Of a stretch of 64,000 nt of DNA, positions 8,936 through 18,309 are shown one piece after another. The DNA is from Candidatus Marinacidobacterales bacterium (lineage in GTDB: Bacteria > Acidobacteriota > Vicinamibacteria > Marinacidobacterales > DATDRI01). The position numbers and the translations under genes were made by a program. The DNA lies in assembly GCA_965226495.1 (NCBI GenBank), contig OZ245365.1, positions 4,000,001 through 4,064,000 on the forward strand, read 5' to 3'. Each line of letters opens with the position of its first letter. Position 1 is the stretch's first letter. The notes below the pieces were generated by a model, which worked only from the letters and a program-made list of their open reading frames with translations, was not told the origin of the DNA and did not search any database.

Positions 8936-8965
8936 AAAAGGGGCTCCAAGGAGCCCCTTTTTTTT
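8936..8965 (+). terminator. Rho-independent terminator
   Basis: AAAAGGGGCTCC-AA-GGAGCCCCTTTTTTTT hairpin plus U-tract. Confidence 0.85.
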
Positions 8966-9001
8966 GTCCTTTTTCGACTATGATATGGGTCCAGCCGATT
9001 A

Positions 9002-9034
9002 CCCTCACCCTACCCTCTCCCAGGGGGAGAGGGA
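9002..9034. repeat. REP-like palindrome
   Basis: CCCTCACCCTACCCTCTCCCAGGGGGAGAGGGA. Confidence 0.8.
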
Positions 9035-9070
9035 ATAAAGGATGGAGGCCAACATAGATTCGACGGAGGA

Positions 9071-9868
9071 ATGATGAAGAGCCTGGCCCTGGTCAAATCT
9101 GTGCCCGATACCAACTCCCCTTTCCGGATCAACAGCTCCGCAACCTGGGTGGACGACGCGAACCTGAGCTTGGTGCTCAACGAATACGACCGCTACGCGC
9201 TTGAAGCTCTGCTAAAGCTCAAGGACGACGGGAAAGTCACCGAAGTCGTCGCACTGACGGTGGGCCCTGCCGGAGCCGCCTCGGCGCTCCGGACTTGTCT
9301 CGCCACCGGGGCCGACCGCGCGATCCATGTCAAAGACGATGCGCTGAACGGAAGCGACCCGCTGTCGGTGGCGAGAGTTATCCAAGCGGCCATTAAAGAT
9401 GAAGGGTTTTCCCTGATTCTGGCCGGACTTCAGGCCGACGACGATAACCACACGCAAATCGGCTCCTTGGTAGCCCGTCTCTTGGATTGGCCGTGTGCAA
9501 CCACAGCTTTGGGATTGGCGCTCCAAGATGAAAACACGGTTCGGGTGGAACGAGAGCTCGAGAACAATCGCCTCCAAGTCGTCGACCTGATACTTCCCGC
9601 GGTCGTGACGGTACAGACCGGCATCAACACACCCCGGTATGCCAGTCTCAAAGGAATCATGGCGGCTAAGAAAAAAGAACTCCGTACTGTCAGTCTCGGC
9701 GATCTCGGTCTCGACGCCAACGAGGTAGGAGCAAACGCCGCACGGATGAAGACCGTCGGGTTCGTTCCTCCACCCAAAGGCCAAGGCGCGGAAATCTTGG
9801 ACGGCAGCCCCGATGAAGTGGCACAAGAGCTCTTGAAACGGATCCGGGAAAACACGGGAGTGATATAG
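9071..9868 (+). CDS. etfB: Electron transfer flavoprotein beta subunit
   Basis: VKSVPD, NEYDRYALE, GADRAIHV, INTPRYASLKGIMAAKKK. Confidence 0.95.
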   Translation: MMKSLALVKSVPDTNSPFRINSSATWVDDANLSLVLNEYDRYALEALLKLKDDGKVTEVVALTVGPAGAASALRTCLATGADRAIHVKDDALNGSDPLSVARVIQAAIKDEGFSLILAGLQADDDNHTQIGSLVARLLDWPCATTALGLALQDENTVRVERELENNRLQVVDLILPAVVTVQTGINTPRYASLKGIMAAKKKELRTVSLGDLGLDANEVGANAARMKTVGFVPPPKGQGAEILDGSPDEVAQELLKRIRENTGVI

Positions 9869-9870
9869 CC

Positions 9871-10863
9871 ATGGCTTGCAAAGCGTTGATTCTGGCGGAG
9901 CACGAGGACGGAGCGATCAAAGACATTTCTTACGAGCTTCTGGGCATGGCGCATCGGTTGGCCGGCGAGGCTGGCTGGAACGCGGAGACGGACGTCAAGG
10001 CTCTCCTCTTGGGACAGGGCGCGGATGGCTTGGCGAGCGAGCTCGCGGGACGCGGTGCCGCCGAAGTGATCTACGCGGACGGAGCCGCGGTCGCGAACTA
10101 TACCGGCGATGGTTATCGAAGAGTCGCAGAATCCGTCATAAAGGAAGAGTCACCGGAGATCGTTCTCATCGGACACACGCCCAACGGGTGGGACGTCGCG
10201 CCTCTGGTTGCAGCGGGTTTGGGAGTTCCCCTAGCCACCGGTTGTTCCAACATCAAGTTCGAAGGAGGCAAGACTCGGTTCGTGCGCAAGGCCTTCAACG
10301 GCAAGTTCGTGCACGAAGTCGAAATCGAAAACGCCTCACCGTGTATGGCGACGGTCGACAAGGGTGCGTCGGAGCCCGTTTCCGGAAGCGCCCAAGGCGC
10401 GGTGCGCAAAATCGACGCCGGCGTTCAGGAATCGGATCTCAAAGCAAGATTCGTGGAGATCAAGAAAGGTGAACCGGGAGGAGTCGACCTGACCCAGGCT
10501 CAGATCATTGTCTCGGGTGGGCGCGGCCTCGGTGGCGCCGACAAGCTCGACGTCGTCAAAGAGCTCGCCGAAGCCTTGGGTGGTCAGGTGGGCGCTTCTC
10601 GCGCTGTCACCGACGCCGGCTGGCTCCCCCACGAACATCAGATCGGAAGCAGCGGTGTGGTGGTCAACCCCAAGCTCTATGTCGCCGCCGGCATCTCGGG
10701 TGCGATCCAACACGTCGTGGGCATGAAAGGCTCGGGCTACATCGTCGCGATTAATAAAGACCCCGACGCTCCCATCTTCGGCGTGGCCGACGTCGGCGTC
10801 GTGGGAGATCTCTTCGAGTTCCTGCCCGCTCTCACCAAAGCGGTGAAAGAAGCTAAAAGCTAA
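9871..10863 (+). CDS. etfA: Electron transfer flavoprotein alpha subunit
   Basis: IVSGGRG, VGASRAVTDAGW, GISGAIQH, AINKDPDAPIF. Confidence 0.95.
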   Translation: MACKALILAEHEDGAIKDISYELLGMAHRLAGEAGWNAETDVKALLLGQGADGLASELAGRGAAEVIYADGAAVANYTGDGYRRVAESVIKEESPEIVLIGHTPNGWDVAPLVAAGLGVPLATGCSNIKFEGGKTRFVRKAFNGKFVHEVEIENASPCMATVDKGASEPVSGSAQGAVRKIDAGVQESDLKARFVEIKKGEPGGVDLTQAQIIVSGGRGLGGADKLDVVKELAEALGGQVGASRAVTDAGWLPHEHQIGSSGVVVNPKLYVAAGISGAIQHVVGMKGSGYIVAINKDPDAPIFGVADVGVVGDLFEFLPALTKAVKEAKS

Positions 10864-10936
10864 GCCTCCAGACTGTTAGCACCCTCACAGTCGGCTGTAC
10901 CGGCCCATCCTACTCTTGGCGCGCAACCTTTGCGCG

Positions 10937-10953
10937 GCGGCAACCGGTTTGCT
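10937..10953 (+). promoter_or_regulatory. Possible sigma-54 (-24/-12) promoter for the Nit1C cluster
   Basis: GCGGCAACCGGTTTGCT has GG-N10-GC spacing with TTGCT; lacks the usual TGG. Confidence 0.3.
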
Positions 10954-11125
10954 AGGCTCTATCGGGCTGAGAGTAGGCGGCTCCGCCACCCTGTGAGCTC
11001 TGGCTGGGAATTGGCCTTCCCATCGAGAGTAATGCGTCTAAAATTCGCCTGCTTCGATATCGGTCATGTTCATTGGATCTCGGCTTGAAACAACCGTTTA
11101 AACCACAATAGAAAGGATCTCAAAG

Positions 11126-11608
11126 ATGCCAACTGTAGACAAAGAGCTGCACAAAGATGGTGACTTCCTGGTCGATTACGAGGAAAAGGTCTTCGAAGAT
11201 GTGAAGGCGGAACCCGGAGAAAAGGCCCTGGTCACGTTCCACACCATGGCCTTCGAGGGCTCTATTTCTATCGTTAATACTCTGTCTGCGACTCGCCTCC
11301 TTCGGAAGGGTTTCGAGACCTCCATCCTTCTGTACGGACCGGGCGTGACCATGGGTTTTCAGCGCGGCTTCCCGACCTTAGGCGATGAGGCGTTTCCCGG
11401 CCATCTCTTCGTGAACCAGCGCCTCAAGAAGTTCATGGATGAAGGTGGCAAGATCTACGGCTGCCGTTTCTCGACCCAGGCGCTCTACGGGCAGACGGAG
11501 AAGGCTTTCATAAAGGGGATCATCCCGATCAACCCGCTGGACGTGCTCGACATCATCCTCCTGCACAAGCGGGCCAATGCAGTGATCATCAACTCCTGGA
11601 CAGTTTAG
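11126..11608 (+). CDS. nitB: MSMEG_0572/Sll0783-family protein (Nit1C NitB)
   Basis: [43 protein letters not shown]. Confidence 0.9.
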   Translation: MPTVDKELHKDGDFLVDYEEKVFEDVKAEPGEKALVTFHTMAFEGSISIVNTLSATRLLRKGFETSILLYGPGVTMGFQRGFPTLGDEAFPGHLFVNQRLKKFMDEGGKIYGCRFSTQALYGQTEKAFIKGIIPINPLDVLDIILLHKRANAVIINSWTV

Positions 11609-11612
11609 ATCG

Positions 11613-12629
11613 ATGTCCGAACAAAACCGCGTCAAGGCAGCGGCGATCCAGATCGCACCCGATCTCGAAAGTTGTGCCGGCACCGTGGAACGGGTTGTCT
11701 CCGCAGTCGCGGAGGCAGCCCGTCAAGGTGTCGAGATCGCGGTGTTCCCTGAGACGTTCGTCCCCTACTACCCGTACTTCTCTTTTGTCATGCCGCCGGT
11801 GCTCGCGGGCAAGGAGCACATGCGGCTCTATCAAGAGGCGGTCGAAGTACCGGGACCGGTGACCGAGACGTTCGCGGAAGCCGCCCGCCAGCACAACATG
11901 GTCCTGATCATCGGTGTCAACGAGAGAGATCACGGCACTCTGTACAATTGTCAGCTCATCTTTGATGCCGACGGCAGCCTCGTGCTCAAGCGAAGGAAGA
12001 TCACGCCCTCCTATCACGAGCGTATGATCTGGGGACAAGGAGACGGCAGCGGTTTCGAAGTCGCGCAAACTCGCGTAGGACGCGTGGGCGCCCTCGCCTG
12101 CTGGGAGCACTACAACCCGCTCGCTCGATTCTCACTCATGGCGGCGCACGAGGAAATCCACTGCGCGCAATTCCCCGGCTCCATGGTCGGCCCCATCTTC
12201 GCCGAGCAAATGGAAGTGACTATCCGGCATCACGCACTCGAGTCGGGCTGCTTTGTGTTGAACGCAACCGGATGGTTGACCGAGGACCAAGTCGCCAGCA
12301 TCACTCAGGATCCCAAGCTCCAAAAGACCCTACGGTCTGGATGCTGCACCGCGATCATCTCCCCCGAGGGGGCACATCTCTGCCCTCCGGTGAAGGAGGG
12401 CGAGGGGATGGCCATCGCCGAGCTCGATTTCTCGCTCATCACCAAGCGCAAGCGGATGCTCGATTCGGTTGGCCATTACGCACGCCCCGACCTGTTTCGA
12501 CTGGAAATAGACCGCACCAAGCGGCGGCATATCTCCTCTGAGGAGAAGGCCAACCTGGAAGGCACGCATGACGATCCCGAGCGACTTGCAGTCGCTGATG
12601 ATCACCCGGCGGCAGCAACTCGTCGCTGA
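11613..12629 (+). CDS. nitC: Nit6803-type nitrilase (NitC)
   Basis: Triad FPE / RRKITP / ACWEHYNPL; DSVGHYARP. Confidence 0.95.
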   Translation: MSEQNRVKAAAIQIAPDLESCAGTVERVVSAVAEAARQGVEIAVFPETFVPYYPYFSFVMPPVLAGKEHMRLYQEAVEVPGPVTETFAEAARQHNMVLIIGVNERDHGTLYNCQLIFDADGSLVLKRRKITPSYHERMIWGQGDGSGFEVAQTRVGRVGALACWEHYNPLARFSLMAAHEEIHCAQFPGSMVGPIFAEQMEVTIRHHALESGCFVLNATGWLTEDQVASITQDPKLQKTLRSGCCTAIISPEGAHLCPPVKEGEGMAIAELDFSLITKRKRMLDSVGHYARPDLFRLEIDRTKRRHISSEEKANLEGTHDDPERLAVADDHPAAATRR

Positions 12630-13600
12630 GCTACAGTCGCAAGGCCTTCGGCTGCACGACCCGAAGGCGGGGGCGTCCAGCCGGCGGGGCGGCGCGGGCC
12701 CGTCCGATCACAAGGCCGTCACCGTAATGGGTACCACGGTGATGGTACCCGTCCATACCCACGGTGCCGGCGACTCCCCGTACTTCGCGAAACCTGTCCA
12801 ACCTGTTCACCATCTCGAAACAAGAAGGCGTGGCGCCCGTTCTCGACGTCCTGGCCACCACCGTTTTGCAGAACTGCGTCCGTTATCCCGATGAGACCAC
12901 CCGGTGTCAGTTTTGCGCCATTGGGGAGTCGCTCAGCGGCGGCCGGACCATCCCCAGAAAGTCGCCACCGCAGCTAGCCGAGGTCGCCGAAGCGGCCCAA
13001 CGATTGGACGGCATCCAACATGTGGTCTTGACGACGGGCACGCCGCCTACCCCCGATCGGGGAGCCGCTATCCTAGTGGAGTCCGCGGCCGCGATCACCG
13101 AGAGGACCCAACTGCCGATACAGGCTCAATGCGAACCGCCGGCGAGCTTCGATTGGTTCCCTCGGTTGCGCACGGCGGGAGTCGTCTCGCTGGGGATGCA
13201 CCTAGAAGCTTTCGACCCCGAGGTACGCGCGCGGATCATGCCTGGAAAAGCCGAAGTATCGATCGACTACTACATGGAGGCGTACCGGGAGGCGGTCGGT
13301 GTCTTCGGTCGTGGCCAGGTCAGCACGTATCTCCTCGCTGGACTAGGCGATTCGAAGGACACACTGCTCGAAGGTTGCCGCGAGTTGATCGCGCTCGGAG
13401 TCTATCCGTTCGTCGTCCCCTTCGTCCCCATCACCGGCACCCCACTGGAGAACCATAACCCTCCCACCGCTACCTTCATGCAATCGATTCTTCAGCCTCT
13501 TGGACAAATGTTGAAGAAAGCGGGGCTCACATCGGAGGAGGTCAAGGCAGGCTGCGGCAAGTGCGGCGCGTGTTCTCCCCTTTCAACCTTTGAGCACTAG
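12568..13600 (+). pseudogene. nitD: MSMEG_0568-family radical SAM (NitD), frameshifted with probable internal deletion
   Basis: N-part [17 protein letters not shown] in one frame; [30 protein letters not shown] in another. Confidence 0.8.
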
Positions 13601-13613
13601 AAAGGCTGGAACC

Positions 13614-14213
13614 ATGAGCGACTTGGAATTTCCGATCTCAGTTGGCGAATTTCAACCGAAGGACTTCCTGTTCAAGATCGCCCAAACCCGGAGGGAGCTC
13701 GAGGGGTTTTGGGAGCTCCGCCGGTCGGTTTTCTGCGAAGAACAGAAGCTCTTCAAGGACTCCGATCGGGACGAGCACGATCGCAACATCATTCCCATCG
13801 TCTGCGTGACTTTGTTGATGGGCATGCCGGATCAAGTGGTGGGTGTCGTTCGCATCGATGAGCGCGAGCCCGGAGTTTGGTGGGGCAGCCGACTCGGCGT
13901 CCACCGCGACTTCCGCCATGTCCGACGTCTGAGCTCGAGCGTTCCCACTCGCAACCGTCAGCCGAGCTTCTATGCACGGAAATCCATCGGTGCAGGGCTC
14001 ATCTACAAAGCGGTTTCCACAGCCCATGCATTGGGATGCAAGAAGTTCCTTGCCACCGTGCAGCATCAAAATGCTCCATTCTTTCGGCGTTTGCACTGGA
14101 CACCTTTGGGAGAGATCGAGCTCCACGGTATGCCCCACGTGAAGATGGAGGCCGAGCTCGAGCACTACCCACCGGCGGAGCACGACACGGCCCGACCATC
14201 CTTTGCAGCGTAG
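13614..14213 (+). CDS. nitE: MSMEG_0567/Sll0786-family GNAT N-acetyltransferase (NitE)
   Basis: LRRSVFCEEQ, VVRIDE..PGVWWGSRLGV, LIYKAVSTAHALGC. Confidence 0.9.
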   Translation: MSDLEFPISVGEFQPKDFLFKIAQTRRELEGFWELRRSVFCEEQKLFKDSDRDEHDRNIIPIVCVTLLMGMPDQVVGVVRIDEREPGVWWGSRLGVHRDFRHVRRLSSSVPTRNRQPSFYARKSIGAGLIYKAVSTAHALGCKKFLATVQHQNAPFFRRLHWTPLGEIELHGMPHVKMEAELEHYPPAEHDTARPSFAA

Positions 14214-14218
14214 GACCC

Positions 14219-15217
14219 GTGTCACGATTGGATGAAGTCTTTGCTTTTCTACGGGGCTCCCTCGCCGTCCGCGACAAGATCGAGATCCGACGTGCCTACG
14301 CTCCGGCGTTGGACACCGGAGGATTTACCGCGCTTGGCGACGACTGCGCCGCCATTCCCGACGAGAACGGTGGCTATCTCCTATTGGCTGCGGAAGGTCT
14401 CCTTCAGAGCTTCGTCGATGATGACCCCTGGTTTGCGGGGTACAGCGCCGTCATGGTGAATATCAGTGACGTGTGTGCGATGGGCGGGCGGCCGACTGCG
14501 ATCGTCAACGTGCTTTGGTCTCCAGACTACGAGCCGACGCAGCCTGTATGGGAAGGGATGCAGGCGGCGGCGAAAGCATACCGGGTCCCTATCGTTGGCG
14601 GCCATACGACGCTCACCCATCAGGCGGATGATTCCGTATACCTGGCCGCTGCCATTCTCGGTCGGGCGAGCACCCTGATGACGAGCTTCGACGCGCAACC
14701 CGGTGATGAGCTCCTCATGGTCGTGGATCTGAACGGGGCCTACCGAAGAGACAAACCCTTCTGGAACGCAAGCCTCACCACACCGCCTTCCAAGCTCCGA
14801 GAAGACATCGAGCTCTTGCCCCAAATCGCCGAGCGTGGTTGGTCTCGGGCGGCGAAAGATATCAGCAACGGGGGGATCATCGGCACTCTCATCATGCTGC
14901 TGGAGTGCTCGGGGGTAGGGGCCGAGATCGATTTGGAAGCTTTGCCAATGCCAGAAGGCGCCGATCTCGAAAAGTGGCTGCTTAGCTTTCCGAGCTTCGG
15001 CTTCCTGCTGAGCGTCGCACCGCACAACCGGGCGGACGTGATTGAACATTTTTCGCGGCGCGACATCGCTTGCCGGTTCGTGGGCGAAGTCACTGAAGGA
15101 ACGACTCTCGAGCTTCGGCTCGGCAACGAATCTCGAGCCTTTTGGCGCGCCGAAGCGAGAACGGAGGGGGAATGCCTGAAGTCTATTTCCACATCCAGTG
15201 GCCGGACGGAGAAGTAA
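14219..15217 (+). CDS. nitF: Sll0787-family AIR synthase-like protein (NitF)
   Basis: GDDCAAIP, DPWFAGYSAVMVNISDVCAMGG, VGGHT, AKDISNGG; GTG start. Confidence 0.9.
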   Translation: MSRLDEVFAFLRGSLAVRDKIEIRRAYAPALDTGGFTALGDDCAAIPDENGGYLLLAAEGLLQSFVDDDPWFAGYSAVMVNISDVCAMGGRPTAIVNVLWSPDYEPTQPVWEGMQAAAKAYRVPIVGGHTTLTHQADDSVYLAAAILGRASTLMTSFDAQPGDELLMVVDLNGAYRRDKPFWNASLTTPPSKLREDIELLPQIAERGWSRAAKDISNGGIIGTLIMLLECSGVGAEIDLEALPMPEGADLEKWLLSFPSFGFLLSVAPHNRADVIEHFSRRDIACRFVGEVTEGTTLELRLGNESRAFWRAEARTEGECLKSISTSSGRTEK

Positions 15218-15450
15218 CGAGATGCTACTCGCCCTCGACGATTATTCGCGAGTACTTTCAGACCGGGGCCACTTTGACCATTGAGGAGCTGGCCGCGCGA
15301 AGCTCAGAGGCTCTTGCCCAGGCTAGTGCCAGAGTGCGGGACAAGTTCGGTTTCGATTGTACGAGTGCCTCATCCCAGCTTCGAGACATCCTCTCCCGCG
15401 CTCGCAGCTTCCTTCCGGAAGACCAAGTCAAGATCGTGAGCGTGGATTGA
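15172..15450 (+). CDS. nitG: MSMEG_0570-family protein (NitG)
   Basis: MPEVYFHIQWPDG..CYSPS..ASARVRDKFGFDC. Confidence 0.9.
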   Translation: MPEVYFHIQWPDGEVTRCYSPSTIIREYFQTGATLTIEELAARSSEALAQASARVRDKFGFDCTSASSQLRDILSRARSFLPEDQVKIVSVD

Positions 15451-15502
15451 GAATTAGGTATCCGACCAACCAATACGAATATCGCAAAGCAGGACCATAG
15501 AA

Positions 15503-15646
15503 ATGCTATCTCTAAAACAATTTGTGACCCGCATTGGGGCGGGCGCATCGTTGATCATCCTGTTGGCGCTACCCGCGAACGCACGATGGACCACCGACGA
15601 AGCGGCTAAGCTGATCGAGGCAGCAGAGAGCAAGGGGACGGAATAA
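15503..15646 (+). CDS. 47-aa ORF with signal peptide, probably a truncated secreted protein
   Basis: MLSLKQFVTRIGAGASLIILLALPANA-RWTTDEAAKLIEAAESKGTE; AGGA RBS. Confidence 0.35.
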   Translation: MLSLKQFVTRIGAGASLIILLALPANARWTTDEAAKLIEAAESKGTE

Positions 15647-15716
15647 GGTGCCATTGGCGGTTTGGGCTGTGCCCTGCACGGGCACAGCCTGAACTGCCAG
15701 GCGAAAGGATTCGAGC

Positions 15717-16901
15717 GTGAACTACGATGTCATCACCGTTGGCGGAGGACTAGCCGGGTGTTCCCTCGCCTTCTCGCTGGCACAGAAGGGACTGCGTGTC
15801 CTCGTCCTCGAACGAGAGAAAGAGTTCAGGGACCGCGTCCGAGGCGAGGGCATGCTTCCCTGGGGTGTCAACGAAGCCCGGGACTTGGGAATCTACGATC
15901 TGCTAACCGAATCCTGCGGGCACGCGGTCCGCTATTGGACTTCCCATTCGCGGACCAGCAAGCCGCGTGACCTCGTCGCGACGACGCCGCGAGGATCGCA
16001 TTGTCTCAACTTCTATCATCCCGAAATGCAGGAAGTCATGCTCCAGGCGGCCGCAGATGCGGGCGCCGAGGTGCGCCGAGGGATCAAAGTACGAGGCGTG
16101 GAACCGGGGAGTCCGCCCAAGATTTCGCTCGAGAACGGGGAAACCATCGAAGCTCGCCTGGTTGTGGGAGCCGACGGTCGCACCTCGAAAGTGCGGGAGT
16201 GGATTGGCCTCGAACGCAATCGAGATCCCGAACGCCTGATCACCGCCGGGGTCCTCTTGGACGGCGTAAAAGTCCCGGACGAGTCGATCCACATCTTTCT
16301 CGCTTCGAGCCTGGGCCAAGGAGCTTTGTGTTTTCCGCTTGGAGGGAAACGCCTGAGAACTTACTTCATTTATCGAAAACGGGGCGAACGGCAAGGCCTG
16401 AGTGGCTCGACGCAGGTGCCCCGTCTCATCGAGGCGTGCCGGAAGGTGGGAGTTCCCGATGGTTGGCTCGACGAGGCGGAGGCGATCGGTCCGCTGGCGG
16501 AATTCGATGGCGCCGATACCTGGGTCGAGCACCCCTACCGGGAAGGCGTCGTACTAATTGGCGACGCGGCCTCCACCAACGATCCCGCCTGGGGAAATGG
16601 GCTTTCGCTGACCCTGCGGGACGTCCGAGTCTTGAGGGACAAACTCCTCGCCGACGACGATTGGGGCCGTGCCGCTAGCGCTTACGCGGCCGAACAAGAC
16701 AAGTACTTCGCCGCCCTTCGTAGGGTCACTCGCTGGCGTGCCGACCTCATGTACGAGGTGGGCCCCGAAGCCGAGGCACGAAGAGCTAAGGCCTTCCCTC
16801 TTTTCAAGGAAGACAGGACGCGCGTGCCCGACTATCTTGCCCTTGGCCCCGACTCTCCCAGCGATGAGACGGCCCGCCGAAGATATTTCTGCGAGGAATA
16901 A
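15717..16901 (+). CDS. FAD-dependent monooxygenase/oxidoreductase
   Basis: GGGLAG, VVGADGRTS, LIGDAA..DPAWGNG motifs. Confidence 0.9.
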   Translation: MNYDVITVGGGLAGCSLAFSLAQKGLRVLVLEREKEFRDRVRGEGMLPWGVNEARDLGIYDLLTESCGHAVRYWTSHSRTSKPRDLVATTPRGSHCLNFYHPEMQEVMLQAAADAGAEVRRGIKVRGVEPGSPPKISLENGETIEARLVVGADGRTSKVREWIGLERNRDPERLITAGVLLDGVKVPDESIHIFLASSLGQGALCFPLGGKRLRTYFIYRKRGERQGLSGSTQVPRLIEACRKVGVPDGWLDEAEAIGPLAEFDGADTWVEHPYREGVVLIGDAASTNDPAWGNGLSLTLRDVRVLRDKLLADDDWGRAASAYAAEQDKYFAALRRVTRWRADLMYEVGPEAEARRAKAFPLFKEDRTRVPDYLALGPDSPSDETARRRYFCEE

Positions 16902-16935
16902 GGACTCTTTTTCCCATCGGCCCAAAACGACTCCC

Positions 16936-18309
16936 TCACAGTTCGGAGAGCATGAGTACCACCCGGAGACCGGGCTGGTTGTCCTCAAAAAGAAGCTCGG
17001 CATGGTGCAGCTCGGCGACCGCTGCGACCAAGCTCAAGCCCAGGCCCGCGCCGGGAGTGCTACGGCTGGCATCGACGCGATAGAACCGCTGAAGAACTTT
17101 TTCTCTCTCTTCTTGCGGTATGCCCGGTCCATCATCGGCAACGGCTAGCCGAGCTCGATCGTTCGATTCGGTCAAAGAGATCTCGATGTTGCCCCCGGCC
17201 GGCGTGTACTTGAGAGCGTTGTCGACGAGGTTGGCGAGCGCCTGAAACAACAGGTCCCGATCGCCGCGGACACTGATCCTTGGCTCCCGATGAACGTTCA
17301 ATCGTTTGTCCGCTTCTTCGATAAGCGGTTGATAGAGGTCCACTACGTCGTCCACCAACCCCGATAGGTCCAGCCTTGTAAGCGCAGCGCGATGCTGCCC
17401 CGACTCGATACGAGCGATCCGCATCAGTGCCTTGAACGTCGAGAGCAAACCATCGGCGTCAGCGATCGCTCGCTCCACATCGCCCCTGGCCTTCTCACTG
17501 CTCTGTTCTTCACGAAGGATTTCGAGGCGGTTCCTCAATCGCGCTAGTGGCGTGCGGAGGTCGTGGGCGATGTTGTCCGAGACGCGGCGCACACCCTCGA
17601 CGAGTTTTTCGAGCTCGTCGAGCATCCGGTTGAGCTTTGCGGTGAGCTCTCCGATGTCATCGTCCGTCGTGTCTGCGGGAACGCGGCGCGAAAGGTCACC
17701 CGCCATAACTTCGCCGATCGCTTCATGTAGGAGGCCGATGCGGCGTATGCGGCTCCGGCTCACGAGGATTCCGCCAAGAAGGGCCAGCAACACGGTCAGT
17801 CCGAGCCCCCATCCCATGGTCCGAATGATGGCCGCCCGGATCTGTTGGAGCTCGTGCATGTCGCGGCCGACTAAGAGATAGAAATCACCACGAAGACGGA
17901 AGCGCTTTGCTCGAGCCCAATGAGGTTCCCCGGTCTTGTAACTCCCTAGCTCGAAGTCGAGCCAACCCTCCTCGTCGGGCTCCACCTGAGGCCATCGCGT
18001 GAGGTTGCCGACGAGCGGTGTGAGCTGGCGGTCGGCGAGCAGGTAGATCGAAGAGCCGGAAGGCTGTCGACCGAGCCTCTCTTGAATCAGAGCGTTCAAG
18101 CCGGCGAGTCCAGTGAGTCGGTAGCGCTCCGCCAACCCGCTGATCTCGGCCTCGATCGTCTCGTCGGCCTGCCGCAGCATGTAGCTCGCAGTGGAGTAAT
18201 AAATGAAGGAGAGCAACAGGATCGCGGAGACTCCGACCAGCGCCATGTAAAGCAGCGCCAGGCGAAAAGCGGAGCTACGAAGTAGCTTCTTCGGATGCAC
18301 GAAGGACAT
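16936..18309 (-). CDS. HAMP-domain sensor histidine kinase
   Basis: Two TMs, IAHDLRTPL, NLVDNALKY, DDGPG, GLGL. Confidence 0.95.
   Translation of the reverse strand: MSFVHPKKLLRSSAFRLALLYMALVGVSAILLLSFIYYSTASYMLRQADETIEAEISGLAERYRLTGLAGLNALIQERLGRQPSGSSIYLLADRQLTPLVGNLTRWPQVEPDEEGWLDFELGSYKTGEPHWARAKRFRLRGDFYLLVGRDMHELQQIRAAIIRTMGWGLGLTVLLALLGGILVSRSRIRRIGLLHEAIGEVMAGDLSRRVPADTTDDDIGELTAKLNRMLDELEKLVEGVRRVSDNIAHDLRTPLARLRNRLEILREEQSSEKARGDVERAIADADGLLSTFKALMRIARIESGQHRAALTRLDLSGLVDDVVDLYQPLIEEADKRLNVHREPRISVRGDRDLLFQALANLVDNALKYTPAGGNIEISLTESNDRARLAVADDGPGIPQEEREKVLQRFYRVDASRSTPGAGLGLSLVAAVAELHHAELLFEDNQPGLRVVLMLSEL

Noticed and set aside
10876-10900. CIRCE-like TTAGCAC half-site
   Set aside because: No second half (GAGTGCTAA) at 9-bp spacing
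10964-11036. TPP riboswitch resemblance (GCTGAGAG..ACCC..GTAATGC)
   Set aside because: Lacks the conserved GAACCTGA and closing AGGGA elements; downstream genes are unrelated to thiamine
13877-14218. N-terminal extension of nitF suggesting a GNAT-AIR synthase fusion
   Set aside because: Different frame from nitE, which has its own stop at 14213
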